This document shows positions 18,269 to 30,730 of a stretch of 64,000 nucleotides of DNA, one piece after another. The notes under the pieces are model-generated. The model made no database searches. It was given only the letters and a program-made list of their open reading frames with translations, and was not told the origin of the DNA. Within the stretch, counting starts at the first letter, position 1; every line of letters begins with the position of its first letter. The translations under genes and the position numbers were made by a program. Origin of the DNA: Enoplolaimus lenunculus (taxonomy: Eukaryota); assembly GCA_030248215.1 (NCBI GenBank), contig JASANG010000932.1, forward strand, positions 62,001 to 126,000, written 5' to 3'.

Positions 18269-19876
18269 TATACAAGGGGAGATGCTAGACATGGGGTATA
18301 TCACTCCGAAATTTGCCAAGACTCAAAAAACAACTTTACCGGTTGTAAAATAACCCCTGCAGAGGTTCATATTTTACTCGCTTGCTCGCTAAAACCTCTT
18401 AAACGCGGTTATCTTCTCATGAAATTAAACCCAGGCCACGCCCGTACGACCGTTTCTGTTTGCGGTATAAAATCGGTATCCGTTTCCGTCATAGATATAC
18501 CGAAAAAATTATATTTTGTACTCAAAAATTATTTATTAATTTCATACAAAGTTTAACTTTTCGATACAGATATTCTTCTAATAATCGAGATAATGACGTA
18601 TTATTAATTTAATCAAAATTTTTAGAAATAGTTTTAGCATTCGCTATTTTTGGTGTAAAATTTTAGAAAATCCGGTGAATATTTGCATGCTTCAATTGCG
18701 TTGGCAAATAGATAAAGCATTTTTTAACTTTTATATTTCAATATCCGTCTTCGGTGGTCGTTAATATATTTTGATCGCTAATCGTTTTACGTAATTATTT
18801 ATGTGACAATTTTCGTTTTATACCAAAACAAAAAAATTGTTGCCAAATGTTACAAAGTTTGGACCAATTTCTCAAATTTATACGAAATTTTACAATTATT
18901 TCGAGATTTCACAATTATTCAACGAATGTATCGAATGTCGGACTAACTCGTAAATTTATTAAAAATTCTCATTACTTTTTACTACTAAAGGCTTCAACCG
19001 GCCCTAGGCTAAATTGTTGCCTGGCCCCCTCATATTAAGTGAACAAAAATAAAAAACTTTTATGAAAGCTGTAGTACTTTGCAGATATATAAAACACATC
19101 AGAAACGATAGGTATTCTCAATGCATAGCCTTATAAGTAGCAATTTGCATACCTAACGTAAATAGAAATGTGTTGGAACGCTGTCCAAAATACGTATGTG
19201 GTGCGTTTCAGCCTTAATATATTGTTTATAATACAGATGTCGATGTGCTGAGTTAAACGGTACTATTTTAATGCCTGCCTGGGTTCATGTCTATTGACTA
19301 ACGTTCAGAGGGGTGTATGAAATAAGCAATTTATACATTTCAACTAGAGTTGTACTAGGCGTCACAGTTCAGGGTTGTATATTTAGCATATGCCCCATTG
19401 ATTTTCTTGTGAAATGTAATATATCCGGGTTGAAATTTGGCAAAAAAACTTTACTTGGCATGAAAATACAATCTGCGTACTACCCGAATAAGAGAGGTGG
19501 TAAAAAGTGGGTGTCCCCATTTTGAGTTCTAATCAATAGAAGTCCTAATCTTTAATAAAGTCCGTAAGCGGATAGTCCCAAACCCCAGCCCCCTTTTATA
19601 CCGGATTAGTACAGTAGTTACCGTTTGAAAGAGGTCCTAATTTGCAGAAATCTTGCGCATGTTAAAGACCCAATAAGTTTTGTTTCTACCACGTTTGCCA
19701 ACGTTATGATATATATATATGTATATATACATATATATATATAGTATATATACACGATCTTTTAGTAAATAAATTACCATATTTTCTTATTTATCACTTA
19801 AACATGCATTAATAGTATTGTTAGCATATTAATCAGAAGTTTAATTTGCAAACGGTATTGAATTGTTGGAAGAACA

Positions 19877-20143
19877 GGCCCATGTAAAGATCAGGGGCGG
19901 AACGTTTTTCTGTGGGACTGAAATAGAGTAAGCTTTAGACTATTTTTTTGATTGGGTTAGGCTTAGGCTTAGGAATATGCTCATTCTTACGCTTAGGCTT
20001 AGGCTTAGGCTTACGAATATGTTCATTCTTACGGTTAGGCTTATTCTTAGGAATATGCTCATTCTTACGGTTAGGCTTAGGTATAGGCTTAGGCTTCGGA
20101 ATATGCTTATAATACTGTTCCGCCCCTGTTGTCTACATTGGCC
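19877..20143 (+). mobile_element. Telomere-repeat MITE (near-consensus copy)
   Basis: GGCCCATGTAAAGATCAGGGGCGGAAC...GTTCCGCCCCTGTTGTCTACATTGGCC; flanks GAAGAACA/GAAGAACG. Confidence 0.85.
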
Positions 20144-21068
20144 GAAGAACGTAAGGAATGAAACCCATGATGATTTTACCGAAGGTGAAAATTTGTTGCG
20201 AAATTATTTGGACCCCTGAAACTTATACAGTTGGGATAAATTTGTGTGCGGGGGTGGCCGAAGTTTATTGTTATTGTTCTGTAGTAATAAATATACGATT
20301 GTCAAGCATACATTGCCATTAATACGAATACCTGAGCATTTCACAAACTTTCAAATTAAATGGCGAAGTGAGAAATTAATATTTGAATTTTGCTTTCCGG
20401 CTCCGGTTTCGGTATTTTTTAGCTTTCCGGTTCCGGTATTTTATAATTTCGGTTGCACCCTGGTTCGAGTGTGCAAAAATATTCAGCTCAAATCGCTCAA
20501 GTTGTGCGGACTCAGAAAACCTAGGTTTAGGCTTAGGCTTTATGCTACAAGTTTAATTGTAAATTTGACTTAAATAAAGATTAGTTAGACTTTTATGCTT
20601 AGGTTTAGGCTTAGGCTTTTCGATCAATATTCTAGCAGAATCTGTTCCAAATTTGTTCTATATATAAATACGAGGATGAAATCGTTGGTAAAAAATACCG
20701 CAGCCGGAAGTCAACAATATTTGTCGAATGCGAAGATGATGTTAAATTAAGTAGTTAAAACGGTTTTTAATTTGCTAATTTTAGCAAATACTTGTATAAG
20801 TTGTTGCTGAATCTTTCGATTTTATGCTTTATCTTTAACAAAATTACAGCAATTTTTTGTTCAAAATTGTACCAAAAGTTAAAATCGAAACGCACCAAAC
20901 AAACAACATTTGCAGTACTACGTCAAATTTCGCTAAATACCAAATTTGTTGCAACTTCCAGCAAAAATTCTACCGGGGCAGGAGCCGAACCTTGATTCGT
21001 TGTTGCACTCTAATACCTATATTGAGGCTTCATTCAAGATACACAACTAACAAATACCTGGAATGCAT

Positions 21069-21291
21069 CACTGTAAAAAAACGGGGAGTCAAATTGACTC
21101 TCTCGGAAATCGGCTTTTCCTGACTACGGAAACTGAGTCAAATTGGACTCCGCCAGCGTCAAATTCAATTCACTCAATCGCTCAGTGAGTCTAATTTGAC
21201 TCTGGTGGAGTCGAATTTGATGACTCAGTTTGCGTAGTCAGGGAAAGCCGATTTCCGAGAGAGTCAATTTGACTCCCCATTTTTTACAGTG
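21069..21291. mobile_element. Near-perfect ~220-bp palindromic MITE, CACTGTAAAAAA...TTTTTTACAGTG
   Basis: Arms of about 105 bp are reverse complements of each other (GGGGAGTCAAATTGACTCTCTCGGAAATCGGCTTT / AAAGCCGATTTCCGAGAGAGTCAATTTGACTCCCC). Confidence 0.85.
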
Positions 21292-21542
21292 GCACCAAGG
21301 TACTCACTCAATAATGACAAATACTCTCGCAGTTTATGTCGATACGGTGAAATTAGCGTGTTTTGTCTAGACTAAATTAAATTTGTCATTTTAAAAAAAG
21401 TTTGCGGTCAGCAGGTTTTTCTCCTCTGATCTCTGTCTTTGACAATGAACCTATTGAAGACAGGAAGAGTTTTCAGTATATACCTACTGGCAAACGCAAA
21501 ACAATAGGGAAACGAGTTAACAGGATACTAACCAGGTCACTA

Positions 21543-21752
21543 CACTGTAAAAAAATTAGGAGTCAAATTGTCTCTCTCGGAAATAGGCTTTTCGTGACTA
21601 CGCAAACTGAGTCAAATTCGAGTCCGCCAGAGTCAAACGTGCGACATAGTGAATCGAATTTGACTCCGGTAGAGTCGAATTTGACTCAGTTTGTGTAGTC
21701 AAGAAAAGCCTATTTCCGAGAGAGTCAGTTTGACTCACCATTTTTTGCAGTG
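21543..21752. mobile_element. Second palindromic CACTG MITE, TA-flanked
   Basis: TA|CACTGTAAAAAAA...TTTTTTGCAGTG|TA. Further copies at 49159-49321 and a fragment at 26712-26795. Confidence 0.85.
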
Positions 21753-22520
21753 TACAGGTAGCAATGTGGGTTTTGCGGCGAAACGCACAGAATTAGCGTA
21801 GCCAATGTTACTTTAAAGGACGTATCATTTTTCGACGAGACTGCAATAGAGTAAGCTTAAGCTTTAGACATTAATTTTTTGGCTTAGACATATCATTATG
21901 CTAACGTTTGCGCTTAAGTTTAGACTGAGGAATATGCTTATACTATTATTACTTCCCTTAATTAGCATAATTTAGCTAATTATATGATTTTTTTGCCTAA
22001 ACAGTATTCCGCAGCTTTCGTTGTTCGTATATACTTCTACCAGTTGGTGATAGGTGCTACAAACAATAGGAAAGTCCATATTCAAAACAGTGAAAAGTGT
22101 TGCTTCATAATGGTTGAGTTTCTGAAATCTTACTTAATTTGTACTACAGTTATACTTAAGTAATTACTTAATTACACCGAGTTAACTTGATTCTGAAATT
22201 TTTAAGCAAACACAAATAAACGCCAAATGTGAGACATTTTCACAACACGAAAGTAATAGTTTTTAAATTATGGACGCACCATCCAGTCTACAATTTCAAT
22301 TCAGACCAAATTTATCTTTAGTCAACGACCTCAAGTATTTATACTTCAGTTATGTAATACGCTTTTAAAAACGACAAAATAGTTTAGTTAGCACGTATTG
22401 AAGTACTAAGTCGGATTTCAGTAAGGTTTGTCAGAACCCAAAAAACCCGAATTAACCGAATTATTCTATATCTTGACAGCATCTGCGCGACAGTTTTCAG
22501 CGGATTAAGGATTGCCATAA

Positions 22521-25500
22521 ATGGGATCAAAATCGAAAGTACGAAATCCACTTTGGTGCCAGTTAATCCCAGTCTCAATTGCGCTGTGGACTGCAGTGAT
22601 ATTTACCGTTGTCGTTTATGTATCCCCGCCGCGGCATAATCCACTCCCAGGCACCGATCACGCGACACGCCATCAAACCGACCGCGCCAATTTTGGTCGG
22701 CCTTCAGCTGAGTTTTATGGCCGGCTTGGACGAGATCGACGGTCGCTGGATCCGTTTGAAACGGACGCCTCTAAGGATCCGGATACAAGGAGCGACAGCG
22801 GAAACAGTCACAGCCGGAAATGTACAAACGATACTGCTATTTTGAAAACGCTACTGGCTGATTCTTCGTACAATAAGCATCGTTTGCCAAAATCGACAGG
22901 TACGTAAACCACGTGCATCGTTTGTGGTTCCGGTGTCACAGGTTGAATTTCGCCTGGCGTTGATTGTTCGCCCCGAAGAAAATTTAGTCCAGGATATAAT
23001 TTTCCGGGGGGGGGGGGGGTGGGAGTACGGTTATTGGAACAAAAATCAGGCCTGTGACACCGATACATGTTTACTTTTAGGGTTGCGCTATACTTTACTG
23101 AGCCGGGCGCCGGAGCGCAGTGCCGCACGCCGCCGCGCGCTGCCGCTCCGGCGACGTGCGGCAAATCTTTGTACTGTGCCGTTCACCGGCATCCGGCGGC
23201 GCGCGGCGGCATCCGGCAGTGTACGGCGGCATCCGGCAGCGCACGGCGGCATCCGGCAGTGTACGGCGGCATCCGGTAGCGCACGGCGGCATCCGGCAGT
23301 GTACGGCGGCATCCGGCAGCGCACGGCGGCACGCGGCGAGTATAGCGCAACCTTTAAGGGTTTCGTTGACCCTCCGAACAGCAGTTGAACCGGCGTTGGA
23401 TTTCGACTAATCTTCAGTGTTAGGATGACGTCACACTTAAAACCCATTCGGCTAAACGTCATTCCTTTGTTTAGTTCTAGTTTTAGATTTATCCTTCCGC
23501 CAAAATGCTTAAACTTTATAGAGTTAGCACAAGGTATAGCTGAGAATACAGCAAATACACGAAATATACTACATATTAAAGTTCATCATTCGTTGGTTCG
23601 AAAGTTACAAGACCTATCACTAACTGGCGATAAATGCTACAAAGATTTGAGGATACGGCCCAGGTTTGCGTCCGAGTTCCGAGTCACAATACAGATGCGG
23701 AGTCAGGGGAGGAATGGTTGTTTCAGGAGTCAACCCTTTTTTGGCATTTTTGAACACGGGCATCAAAAACTCGGTTTCAGTTTGCAGCACAAGAAATTTC
23801 CCATCCAAATTTTCACAGAGCGCAACTTTTGCCGCTGTTCCAAAATCCATTCTACGCAAGTACTCAATGTTGAGCATAAAAATATCAGAATTTCCGGTAT
23901 TTCTATACACAAAATAGAGACGCACATCGATTTGTACTGCAAAAACTGAACTGAGTATCCGGTTACACTCTGTTACACATATTTGAGAGTCATGATTACA
24001 GGAGTCGATGTTCGAGTTGAATTTTGGATCCAAGAAGTGAGTTCAGTATCGGAACAAACGTCCGAATTTGAAGCTGATATTTACATTAATGAATTATGGA
24101 TTGACGACGGGTTGAGATATGATCATTTGAATCCGTGTAAAAATAACATTACCCTCGGCGAGCAAGTGCTGAATAAAATATGGGTTCCGAACTCGTGTTT
24201 TATTAACAGTAAGCAAGCTCGAATTCATGACTCACCGTTCAAAAATATTTTCCTAATGATTTATCAAAACGGAACCGTTTGGGTTGACTATCGCGTCAAA
24301 ATTACAGGTATGCAATCAGGTTGTCGTATGCAGGGGCTGGACTACTGCCGTCAAAAGTTGACCCTGGCCTTTGGTATTTTGGCCAATGTAAAGAACAAGA
24401 GCGGAACGGTATTATACGCATATTTCTAAGCCTATTAAGCATAAGCCTATTAGCCTTAGTGTAATAATGAGTTTATTAATAAGCCTTAGCCTAAAGCCAA
24501 GCAAAAAAATTAGTCTAAAGCTTAAGCTTTACTCGTTTCTAGTCCCACAGATAAACGTTCCGCTCCTGATCTTTACGTGGGTCGGTAATAAACCGACGCA
24601 CTATTAACTATATTATATATATATTTAGCAAAATAATTATAAAGCAAACATTTTTGCTCACAAAGTGGTCATAAACTAACTTCATTTATGTTGACCCTAT
24701 TTTTCATTAAGCTTAGGCTTAGGCTTAGGCTTAAGAACACATTTTTGTAACGCTTAGGCTCAGGCTTAGGCTTAGGAATACGCTTCATCTACTGTTACGC
24801 CCCTTAAAAGTAACATTGGCTAACATAGCTATGCAATTTTTACTTTTTCAAAATCCTCATTGATCGGTCAGGATGATCAGGAATGATTTAATCCGATTAC
24901 ATTATTATTCGCTTCATTATTGTCAAAAGCTATTTATATTTACTCCCGTGAAAGATTTCACGCAACCAACGTAGTTTCAGCAAATGATTCAATTGTAACC
25001 TTTAGCCCATGTTAACTATGGGAGGGTCTGATCGCAAAGGTTAAGCCTAAACCTAAGCCTAAATTCTAATCTCAAAGAGAAGCCTAATCCTACGTTTAAA
25101 AGCCTCCTTGTCTCTAAGTCCCCAAATTTTTTCTTTCTCCCAATCCCAATGGGCAGGACGCTATAATTATTAATAAGAGCCGTTTTTCAAAGGACCATGC
25201 GATATGGATTTAACAAAATTTCCAATGGACTCACAAACGTGCTCGCTTGTCTACGAAAGTTTCAACTACAACATGGACGAAGTTAAAATCCGCTGGATGA
25301 ATATCCCACAACCGGTGTATCCATTGAAAAATATCTCTTTGCCGGATTACGATTTGCTGGACATCGAAACACGACAGTCCGAAGTGGTAATTAATTTTTG
25401 TTTACAAAACAATCTATATAATTAAAGCTAAAACGCCTCACATACGTATTTTTGGAATTGTTCCAGCTGATTTCATATATAGGTTTGCAAATTAATATAT

Positions 25501-27927
25501 ACTACTAAATCATTATCGTTGTAAATAGAAGATTGTGTAGATTTTAAGTTTATACATTATTCTATAAGAAGATTTTTAGTTGCGTTATGACATTTTTGTA
25601 AAAATGTTGGCTTCGCTTGCAAATATTGTAACCAAGTTGACTCGTTATACTTATAACCGTTTGCTGTATAGAGTATACTATGAGCAACTAATTACAAACT
25701 GTGTACGTGCAACCACGTACTTACAGTGATTAGAAGGGTCCATCCAAGAGCCCTTTGCCCTCCCCCCCGGCTACACCCCTGTTCGGTTCCGCTGCCGAAG
25801 GGAGTCCAGGGAAGGGCTTAGCTCCCTGCAAAATTTCGGCCCTGCCTGTGAAACAGTTTTGACCTCGATTGCAAGTCATGTGAAATCTTTGCATGCCTCT
25901 CCTAAAAAACATTTTTTAGGCTAGCGGCGTTGTATAGATCTGGGGCGAACCAATTTTTCTGTTCGGCTGCTTTGGAGTAAGCTTAAGTTTTAAACCAATT
26001 GTTCGCGTGCACTTAGGCTTACGCTTATCCTTAGGTGTAGGCATATCATTACGCTTAGACTTATGTTTAGGCTTAGGAATATACTTATACTACTGTTACG
26101 TTCCTGATCTAGGTATTGGCCAGCCCATAAAGCATGTTAAACTGGCTACGACACTAAGGGTTGCGCTATACTTTACGTCCGGCGTCGTCCGTCACCGTAC
26201 GTCATTCATACGGCGCCGTCCGGCGCCATCCATCATCCATATGGCGCCGTCCGGCATCCATACGGCGCTGTCCTTCACCGTTCGTCTGACGGACGGCACC
26301 GTGCGGATGACGGACGGCACCGCAGGTTACAAAAAGAATAACGCAACCCTAAGTCATTTGGGAATATTTTGCCAATTTCCAGGATTATCCTGCCGGAAAA
26401 TGGATCGAACTAACAGTGATATTTACGTTTCAACGTCGTTGTGTATGGTATTTTCTTCAAGCGTACATACCAACGTATTTGACCATATTTCTGTCGTGGG
26501 TTTCGTTTACCCTGGGCACTAAAGCGATACCTGCCCGCACAATGCTCGGGGTTAATTCACTGCTTGCAATGATGTTTCAATTTGGAACCATTATGAAAAA
26601 TTTACCGCGAGTCAGTTATGTGAAAGGTAAACAGGGCGACACAACCATTTGGTACGCGAGGTATTTTACCATTACAGTAGCGTATACAACGGCACGTATA
26701 TTTGATATATACACTGCAAAAAATGATGAGTCAAATTCAATCACTCCGAAATACGCTCTACGGGACTACACAAACTGAGTCAAATTTGACTCCGCAAAAA
26801 CAAAATTGAAAATACTGCAATACGGAGTGTTTTTTGCTACAAATTGAAGGGATATAAAATATGTCGTCCTAAGGTTAGATGCAAACCTAAGCCTACAGCT
26901 AAGACGTGGCTTAGAAGTCAGGATTTAAGGAACCGTGTAAAGATCAGCGGCGGAACGTTTTCTGTGGGATTGAACTAGAATAGAGGTTCAGCTTTTAGAC
27001 TACCTTTTTGATGGTTAGGTATAAGCTCATTCTTACGCTTAGGCTTAGGTTTAGGAATATGTTTATACTACTGTTACCGCCCAGTTCTATACATTGGCCG
27101 GATTAAGGTTAGCTGAGCCAGGAAGCTATTTTGACAACCCTTCAACACCACAACTTGTTAACAAGACTTACAGATCAACAGGTAATGTTTTGGCTAATTC
27201 TGATATTTTTGTACGCTTTTGATTTTAGCAATAGACGTATGGATGCTTGCATGTATGACGTTTATATTTGCGTCATTGCTTGAATTAGCAATTATTGGCT
27301 ATTTTACAAAAGACGTCATCGACGCTTCTGGCAGCGCTAAACCTAAATTATCGAACCATAATTCTGTATCGTTGCCTAAAGGTATGCCAAACAAAGCGTT
27401 AACGATAACACGTACCACCAACCTATCGGCCATTTCGTCAAATAGCTATTACCGTCGCGGCACATCAAAGAAAACATCAAAGACGCCGCAGACGGCGGCG
27501 GAACCGTTTGAAGTGCCAGACCGGTTTGAAGCCGATCGACGCTTAGAACATACATGGTCACTTCAGTCTCGACCGAGTTTAAAATCAAAAGCGTGCTCGT
27601 ATCCAAATCAAACTGAAGACCCAGCGTCATGTTCGATAGCTGTTATTGACTCCAAAAGCCACAATTTGTTGACCTGCACTCGTTCGTTATCATCGCGATC
27701 GCCAGAAATTGGCCCGAATTCGATAATCCAACCACATATGCGACCAATTGTAAAATACCATTCAGCCACCGAACATCCTGCAAGACTGCAGTCCGTCAGT
27801 CAACAACAGCAACAACAACCACCACAACAACAACAACAACAACAACACCACCAACAACAACAACAACGACACCAACAACAACAACAACAACAACAACAAC
27901 ACCACCAACAACAACAACAACGACACC

Positions 27928-27986
<59 letters not shown>

Positions 27987-28382
27987 CCTCCAACCGATTG
28001 CAATAATATTGCAGAATCGCTGCGTGCAACGTGCAATCATACACACAGTCCAGCATCACGCTACACTAATTCTAACCCTGAGGTGATACTCAAAGGTAAC
28101 AGTTTCGAAATCGCAACATCAACAACAATATACGGCAATAGTTTATCGTGTTGCTCGTGCAATAACACCGATCACGCAACGTCATCGATGAAATCACCAA
28201 CGACAATGTTGACGTCATCATCAAAACGTCATAGTCAACAACGAAAACAATCGACCGTCGATCGCTGGACAAAAATCAATCGGCAAACGTGTCCCGAACG
28301 CATCGATCACGTGTCGTCGGTTGGATTTCCGCTGGTGTTTTCAATTTTTAACATTGTCTACTGGACGTATTACAGTTATTGA
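22521..28382 (+). CDS. Cys-loop ligand-gated anion channel subunit, ACC (acetylcholine-gated chloride channel)-like, ~758 aa, 5 exons
   Basis: Exons 22521-22899, 24002-24307, 25193-25386, 26383-26626, 27229-28382, phase-consistent. Has [11 protein letters not shown], Cys-loop [15 protein letters not shown], loop C YPAGKW, M1-M2 [35 protein letters not shown] (PAR anion-selectivity motif), [14 protein letters not shown], and M4 [24 protein letters not shown]. Confidence 0.92.
23080..23353. mobile_element. PIF/Harbinger (Tourist)-like MITE with internal 20-bp GC-rich tandem repeat
   Basis: TTA|GGGTTGCGCTATACT...AGTATAGCGCAACCT|TTA; interior (CGGCGGCATCCGGCAGTGTA / CGGCGGCATCCGGCAGCGCA)n. Confidence 0.8.
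24381..24583 (-). mobile_element. Telomere-repeat MITE in channel intron 2
   Basis: GGCCAATGTAAAGAACAAGAGCGGAAC...GTTCCGCTCCTGATCTTTACGTGGGTC. An opposite-orientation partial copy follows at about 24710-24820. Confidence 0.75.
26158..26349. mobile_element. PIF/Harbinger-like MITE, copy 2
   Basis: TAA|GGGTTGCGCTATACTTT...AAGAATAACGCAACCC|TAA. Third copy at 46074-46278. Confidence 0.8.
26929..27099 (+). mobile_element. Telomere-repeat MITE in channel intron 4
   Basis: TIRs and TTAGGC core; flanks GGATTTAA/GGATTAAG. Confidence 0.7.
27801..27986 (+). repeat. Coding (CAA)n tract encoding poly-Gln in the channel M3-M4 loop
   Basis: In-frame [24 protein letters not shown]...Q20. Confidence 0.9.
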
Positions 28383-29343
28383 TTGTACGCAGGGTCGACA
28401 ACAGTGGTGGATCCAGCATTTTCAGGTGGGAATATCAATTCATACGCCGAAGGCGGACAAAATTTTTGGATTTGGGATAAAAAATTTCCCATATATTTCA
28501 GTTATTTGGCAAGAAAACACATGTTCAGCTTCAGATGATCGATTTGCATTGTAAAATTTTCAGCACGGCAGAGCCCGATGGCGGATACATCCCCATCCAG
28601 CTGAGTTCCTAACTACTGATCGACAATAACGTCACCGAATCGTCAATGATGATGTCATCGAATCATATGATCGTCATCGATGACGTCTTCACTGAGCATA
28701 GACGAATGACGTTTCGATGTACTCGAAAGTCGACAGTCATCGATTGAATGGTCATTGTGACGTCACCAAATGCTTACATCGTCATCGGTAACGTCATACA
28801 ATTGTTATCAATTCGTTGATAATGTCGCTAATCACTGTCAATGATGACGTCATCCATTGCCCATTCGCTTCGTCATCGGGCCAACAAATTTTGCCGACTG
28901 TAATTTTTTGAATTAAACGATACTAGGGTATACGCGTGACTTTGATAATCAATAACACATGATATACAACCGGATATCTACGTCTGGGTCCGGCAGAAAA
29001 TACGTTTTCCGCACCTGTAGAATTATTTTGATTACGAAATTTTTTCACATTTCAATATACAAACGTGCCGGTGGTGAGTTTATTAAAAACGGAAGAATAT
29101 TTACGTTGCAGAAGCCATTTGCACCTCGAAGCGTTTCAGATGTAATAAAATATTTACTGTTTCACGCAAACAACGCAAAATTAACATTTTATTTGTAAAT
29201 TTGAATAGATTTCAACAGAAATACATGACTACATAATCTCAGTCGAAACGAAAAATCACCAAATTGCCCAGCTAGAAATCCATGCAATGGATCCTATCAC
29301 ACCCTGTATTAAGGACCTTCTAAGTTTAATCTTAAATCCTTAG

Positions 29344-29539
29344 GGCCCATGTTATTTTAAGGGGCGTCCAGGTTTCTGGTCGGTATATAAAAGAGTAGGT
29401 TTAGATTCGAGATTACATTTTTTGCTTAGGCGTAAGCTAAGGCATAGGCTTTGGCTTAGGAACACATTGTTGCAACGCTTAGGCTTAGGCTTTGGAATAC
29501 GCTTAATCTACTGTTACGCCCGTTAAAGTAACACTGGTC
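29344..29539 (+). mobile_element. Telomere-repeat MITE, subfamily C (GCCCATGTTA..TTAAGGGGCG TIR)
   Basis: TIRs and TTAGGC core with spacer GAACACATTGTTGCAAC. Confidence 0.75.
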
Positions 29540-29916
29540 AATCTTGGTATAATCCTTAAGGATTCGCCGAAATATATCATGACTCCTATTCAAAACCGGG
29601 TCTTTTCGGTAATGCACCAAAACCAGCGTTTGCCCAAATATGGTTGGATTATGAAAAGGTCTGCGTATTTGACCTTCTCTGAGATCCCCTGATCATTCCA
29701 CGCCCAAATCTGAATTTTTGAAAAATTCCATTTTTAAGGTGCCAAGGTAAACCAAAACATATTTGTCAAAAAGTTGACAGTCAAATCATATACCATTCGA
29801 CGCTGTCTGCAGAGAAATTTTAAAGTTTCACTGCGGTTTGCAAATATTTCGACCTGAGAGACAGCAAACGCTACCGTAACCGCAGGATTTTTCCATTTCG
29901 TATTCATACCCGTGTC

Positions 29917-30054
29917 AGCCCATGTTTACTTTAAGGGTCGTCCAGGATTCTGGTGGGTCTACAAAAGAGTAGGTTTATATTCTAGATTAAATTTTTTTGC
30001 TTAGGCTTAGGAATCACTCCATCTGCTGTTACACCCCTTAAAGTAACACTGGCC
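29917..30054 (+). mobile_element. Telomere-repeat MITE, minimal copy (subfamily C)
   Basis: Perfect 8-bp TSD CCCGTGTC; only two hexamers inside. Confidence 0.85.
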
Positions 30055-30236
30055 CCCGTGTCAATATTTTTCAGCAATTTAGCAAGAAACCGCATTGTTA
30101 GCTTCCAAATGGGCTATTTGTGGTACAATTGTTTTTGAACACGACAGGATGGTAGGTTCACTTCCTATCCGCACCTAAATCTGTCTCCTGATATTGCACT
30201 GTTTAGCTTTAAATCGACACCAAGAATACACCTTAA

Positions 30237-30499
30237 CCCCTTCTCACATTGAGTTGCCTGTAGGCAACTCAGCGCAGTGTATATACGTTAAATAGTATAT
30301 ATCGCACCGTGATTAACAATTGCAACACGTATACATAGTAGTAAATCACCACAAGACGTGAGAGCCCCCTCGGGCTCGAGCGTCAAGCTCCTATAGCGGA
30401 GTGGTGATGGTATACTCCTCCCACTCCAGTCACTGGAGTTCGAATCCTAGCATAAAAGTAGGCCTCATGTGAAATAGAAAATATTCATGTGAGAAAGGG
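30237..30499 (+). mobile_element. piggyBac-like MITE carrying a tRNA-like Pol III A/B-box segment
   Basis: TTAA|CCCCTTCTCACAT...ATGTGAGAAAGGG|TTAA; internal TAGCGGAGTGG (30394-30404) and GTTCGAATCC (30438-30447). Confidence 0.75.
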
Positions 30500-30595
30500 T
30501 TAAAATTAACCATACGATGAACAAATATGCTTTGTGAATGTAAATGTCATGGAATTAAACGAGAAAAAACCAGCGCATTTTTCATATGTAACATC

Positions 30596-30730
30596 GGTCA
30601 ATGTGTAGAACAGGGCCGTAACAGTAGTACAAGCATATTCCTAAGCCTGCGCAAAAAATGGTGTAAAGCTTAATCTTACTCTGGTGCATGCCCCCAGAAA
30701 CACGTTTCGTCCCTGATCTTTACATGAGCT
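30596..30730 (-). mobile_element. Telomere-repeat MITE, short reverse copy
   Basis: GGTCAATGTGTAGAACAGGGCCG...CCCTGATCTTTACATGAGC. Confidence 0.7.

Noticed and set aside
22808..23462. Overlapping GC-rich ORFs ([12 protein letters not shown] repeats)
   Set aside because: Arise from the 20-bp tandem repeat of a Harbinger-like MITE in intron 1.
30385..30460. Functional tRNA genes here, at 7398-7470 and at 52575-52647
   Set aside because: A and B boxes are present but acceptor and anticodon stems do not pair; treated as tRNA-derived segments.
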